Made by a program: the position numbers and the translations under genes. The notes below the pieces were generated by a model, which was given only the letters and a program-made list of their open reading frames with translations, made no database searches and was not told the DNA's origin. From Ruminococcus sp. (GTDB taxonomy: Bacteria > Bacillota > Clostridia > Oscillospirales > Acutalibacteraceae), in the NCBI GenBank assembly GCA_045647135.1, contig JAZRMA010000016.1, positions 2,889 to 66,888 on the forward strand: 64,000 nt of DNA, read 5' to 3'. How positions within the stretch are numbered: the stretch's first letter is position 1; each line of letters begins with the position of its first letter. Shown piece after piece: positions 60,907 through 64,000 of the stretch.

Positions 60907-62988
60907 TTAATCTTCGGTAGTTGTTTTATTCTCGTTTGTGCTTTCTGCAGGGGTTTCGTCAACCTTTGTGCTATCTTCGGCAGGAGCAACGATTTCTTCC
61001 ACACCTGCACCGTCTTCGTCGTCAAATGCAAGACCAAAAAGCTCGTCGAGTCTTTCGCTGTCGGGAATGTTGAGAGTACTCTGTGCAACCTCTGCTTCTG
61101 CTTGATGAGCCATAGTCTCTACTTCTGCAATTGCGTCCTCTTTGATTTCTGTTGCAGAAACTTCGTTGAAGTACTGCTTGTACCATACGAGGAAAACATA
61201 AACTGTCCATACGTTTCTGCTAGTGTCTGCAACGCCGTTGAAGTGGTCGTCGAGCCAACGGAGAAGAATATCAATGTTGAAGAACTTCTGTGCTGTGGGA
61301 GACTGGAATTCTTCTTTAACAACATTGTAGTATTTTTCGTCTCTGAGCCATACACGAGTGGGTACGGGGAATCCGAGTTTTTCTTTTTCTGCGGTTTCCT
61401 GAGGAAGATGACGAAGAGCTGCCTGACGCAAAGCGTACTTGGTGTTGTTGCGGTTAACTCTGAGCTTTGCAGGAATTTTTGATGCAACTTTCCATACCTC
61501 TTTATCGAGGAAAGGCACACGAAGCTCCAGAGAGTTTGCCATACTCATTCTGTCTGCTTTGAGGAGGATGTCGCCAACCATCCAAAGATTGATGTCAAGG
61601 TACTGCATCTTGGTAACATCGTCGTACTTTCTTGCTCTGCGATAGAAGTTGCGGGTTAAATCCTGAGGACGAGTTGCGATAGAGGGGTCCTTCAGGAGTT
61701 CGCATTTTTCTTCGTAGTTATACATAAAAGCGTTGCCGATAAAGGCTTCTTCAAGAGGATCGCAAGCGCGGATGAGGTAGTCTCTGCCTTTGATGTCGGG
61801 CATTTTAAGAGCAAGTTTTTTGAGAAGCTTTCGAAGGAAATAGGGAACAACCTTGTGGTATACCTTCTGATTCATAGGTGAACGGTAAACCTGATAACCG
61901 CCGAAAAGCTCGTCGGCACCCTCGCCTGAGAGCACAACCTTTACATATTTACTTGCAAGGTTGGATACAAAGTAGAGTGCTATGCAAGAAGGATCAGCAA
62001 GGGGCTGGTCCATAAAGTACTGAATACGGGGGATTGACTCCCAGTATTCTTCACTTGTAATAACCTTTGTGTGATGGTCAACGCCGATTTTTTCTGAAAG
62101 ACGCTGTGCCCAACTGATTTCGTTATATTTTTCGCCGAAGTCGAAGCCTACGGTAAAGGTTTTCTGATCTGCAAAGTAGGTGGAAACATAGCTTGAGTCA
62201 ACACCTGAAGAGAGGAAACAGCCGACCTCAACATCTGCAATCTTGTGAGCGTTAACAGAATTTTCAAAAGCAGTCTCAATCATATCAACCGCTTCTTCCT
62301 CTGTAAGCTTCTCGTCAGGCTCAAATTTTGCTTCAAAGTATCTTTCTACGTGTATATCGCCGTCTTTGTATATAAGGAAATGACCGGGAAGCAGACAGTA
62401 AATACCCTCAAAGAATGTTTCCGGAGGAACTACATACTGGAAAGAAAGGTAGTTGTCCAGAGCGGAAACATTGAATTTCTTTTCGTATTTGGGGTGCTCT
62501 AAGATACTCTTGATTTCTGAGCCGTACACAAGGTCGCCGTCAATAAGAGTATAGTGCATGGGCTTGATGCCGAAGAAATCTCGGGCAATAAATACAGAGC
62601 CGTCCTCTTTGTTGTAGATAGCAAAGCCGAACATACCTCTGAGCTTTTGCAGAAGCTCAATTCCCCACTGCTCGTAGCCGTGGATAAGCACTTCGCTGTC
62701 GGTTTCGGTGTAGAAGTTGTGACCCGCTTCTACGAGTTCCTGGCGAAGCTCTTTGTAGTTGTAAATCTCGCCGTTAAAGGTAAGCACAAGGGATTTATCT
62801 TCGTTATAAATGGGCTGGTGACCTGCGTCAACATCAATGATGCTGAGTCGACGGAAGCCCATAGAGATTTTATCATCTTCAAAAAAACCGCTGGAGTCAG
62901 GGCCGCGATGGGTGATAACATCGGTCATGCTCTTTATTGTTTTGCTGCGGTCAACAATCTGACCTGTAAAGCCGCAAATACCGCACAT
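60907..62988 (-). CDS. asnB: Glutamine-hydrolysing asparagine synthase-family amidotransferase with acidic tail
   Basis: Ntn start MCGICG, HRGPD, RRLSIID, FNGEIYN, LSSGVDSS, SGEGADELFGGY. Confidence 0.95.
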   Translation of the reverse strand: MCGICGFTGQIVDRSKTIKSMTDVITHRGPDSSGFFEDDKISMGFRRLSIIDVDAGHQPIYNEDKSLVLTFNGEIYNYKELRQELVEAGHNFYTETDSEVLIHGYEQWGIELLQKLRGMFGFAIYNKEDGSVFIARDFFGIKPMHYTLIDGDLVYGSEIKSILEHPKYEKKFNVSALDNYLSFQYVVPPETFFEGIYCLLPGHFLIYKDGDIHVERYFEAKFEPDEKLTEEEAVDMIETAFENSVNAHKIADVEVGCFLSSGVDSSYVSTYFADQKTFTVGFDFGEKYNEISWAQRLSEKIGVDHHTKVITSEEYWESIPRIQYFMDQPLADPSCIALYFVSNLASKYVKVVLSGEGADELFGGYQVYRSPMNQKVYHKVVPYFLRKLLKKLALKMPDIKGRDYLIRACDPLEEAFIGNAFMYNYEEKCELLKDPSIATRPQDLTRNFYRRARKYDDVTKMQYLDINLWMVGDILLKADRMSMANSLELRVPFLDKEVWKVASKIPAKLRVNRNNTKYALRQAALRHLPQETAEKEKLGFPVPTRVWLRDEKYYNVVKEEFQSPTAQKFFNIDILLRWLDDHFNGVADTSRNVWTVYVFLVWYKQYFNEVSATEIKEDAIAEVETMAHQAEAEVAQSTLNIPDSERLDELFGLAFDDEDGAGVEEIVAPAEDSTKVDETPAESTNENKTTTED

Positions 62989-63116
62989 AATATCAGTTCC
63001 TCTCAAAGAAAAAATAGATTAACGTATTCTCTAAGTTTAGTTCTTCAGGTTTGTTAGCAGGGGAGTGGGCGATTTAAGAAAGGTGTTAGTCCCATACCCG
63101 CAATATCCTATGATGT

Positions 63117-63145
63117 AGTATAACATAAAATTTTCTAAAAGTCTA
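63117..63145 (-). promoter_or_regulatory. SigA promoter of asnB (about 120-nt leader)
   Basis: TAGACT-17 bp-TATACT with extended -10 TG. Confidence 0.6.
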
Positions 63146-63185
63146 TAAATCCTTTTATTAAGTCTAAAATTCTTGTTTCAATAGT

Positions 63186-63350
63186 GAAGACCCCGAGTGG
63201 AGTGTCTCGGGGTCTTCGGAAAATAAAGGGGTTGCAAGCTGTTGCTTGCGGTCAACCTAAGAATATGGCAACAAGCTCAGGGTTTATGATTATTGCCATA
63301 TTGCTTAGGCTGACCAATAGGAGTGAGGGTGATGAAAAAGTCTTGCGCTA
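63186..63350 (-). ncRNA. Candidate structured small RNA
   Basis: Three hairpins; mismatches in the long stem are G-U pairs only on the minus strand; upstream TATAAT. Confidence 0.5.
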
Positions 63351-63438
63351 TGATTATATTATATCCGAAGGTCTAAGAAATTTGGTGAATATCCTGTTAA
63401 GTTAAATAAAACTTTTGCTGTATTTTTTATTAAAAATA

Positions 63439-63477
63439 AAACAAATGTTTGATTTTTTGCAAATCATATGTTATAGT
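63439..63477 (+). promoter_or_regulatory. lexA promoter with overlapping SOS-box-like palindrome
   Basis: AAAC-AAAT-GTTT (63439-63450) overlaps the -35 of TTGATT-17-TATAGT. Confidence 0.65.
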
Positions 63478-63527
63478 ATATTTGGATTTGTGTTAGTTTT
63501 ATTAAATTGTATACAGGAGGAAGCTCT

Positions 63528-64000
63528 ATGAAGCCATTGACCAAAAGTCAGCAGAAGGTGTTTGACTATATCAGCGAGTGTGCACAGCAGTCCAGAGTGC
63601 CCTCGGTAAGAGAAATTTGCGTAGCCACAGGACTTAAATCTACATCTACGGTTCATCTGCACCTGAAATCTTTGGAAGAAAAAGGCCTTATCGAAAGAGA
63701 AAAAGGCATTAATCGTTGCATAAAACTCAGCAAGACCGAAGCTTCCTCTCAGATTCCCGTTGTGGGCAGGGTAACCGCAGGTTTGCCCATACTTGCTGTT
63801 GAGGAGATTGAAAGTTATATTCCTGTAAGTGAGAGTGTGCGTCGCGGCCGAGAGTTGTTTGCCCTCAGAGTTATGGGTGAGAGTATGCTCTATGCAGGCA
63901 TTCTTGACGGAGACCTGGTAATTGTACATCGTACACCTGTTGCGAATAACGGTGATATTGTTGTTGCTATGATTGACGACGAAGCTACCGTTAAGCGTTT
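63528..64000 (+). CDS. lexA: SOS repressor LexA (3' end runs off the window)
   Basis: Not in the ORF track. Manual translation: MKPLTKSQQKVFDYI...PSVREIC...STSTVHLHL...PVVGRVTAGLPILA...GESM; AGGAGG RBS. Confidence 0.96.
   Translation, partial: MKPLTKSQQKVFDYISECAQQSRVPSVREICVATGLKSTSTVHLHLKSLEEKGLIEREKGINRCIKLSKTEASSQIPVVGRVTAGLPILAVEEIESYIPVSESVRRGRELFALRVMGESMLYAGILDGDLVIVHRTPVANNGDIVVAMIDDEATVKR

Noticed and set aside
63186-63350. 6S RNA or SRP RNA identity for the sRNA candidate
   Set aside because: It folds as three separate hairpins rather than one long rod with a central bubble, and no SRP GGAA-loop motif was recognised
63471-63929. 152-aa minus-strand ORF
   Set aside because: Antisense to lexA, which the track missed because it is truncated by the window edge

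Overview
Chromosomal origin region of a low-GC Firmicute. Dockerin-bearing secreted proteins and gene order suggest a Clostridia/Oscillospirales (Ruminococcus-like) organism; this is inference. 1-20 kb is the canonical origin cluster (parB-parA-noc-rsmG-mnmG-mnmE-jag-yidC-yidD-rnpA-rpmH | dnaA-dnaN-yaaA-recF-remB-orf-gyrB-gyrA), with two perfect parS sites and a bipartite oriC. Next come a YfhO/GT2/GtrA glycosylation trio, lepA, metF-metH, hisS-aspS and a PdxR/ECF-S pair. After these are a locus with a second YidC fused to a TagB/TagF-like phosphotransferase, tRNA-Thr(GGT), and a lipoprotein-rich variable region. The window ends with the NifU-like/GGGtGRT pair, a B12 radical SAM gene, ribF, asnB and the 5' part of lexA. 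Best candidates for novelty: (1) the YidC-phosphotransferase fusion with a small single-TM protein and an HTH-LicC-like cytidylyltransferase (39-44 kb); (2) a DnaA with a remodelled recognition helix alongside an oriC with no canonical DnaA box but repeated TTWTYAACA boxes; (3) a structured minus-strand RNA candidate upstream of lexA. No CRISPR array, rRNA, transposase or integrase was seen. All family calls are from motif recognition by eye; no database search was run.
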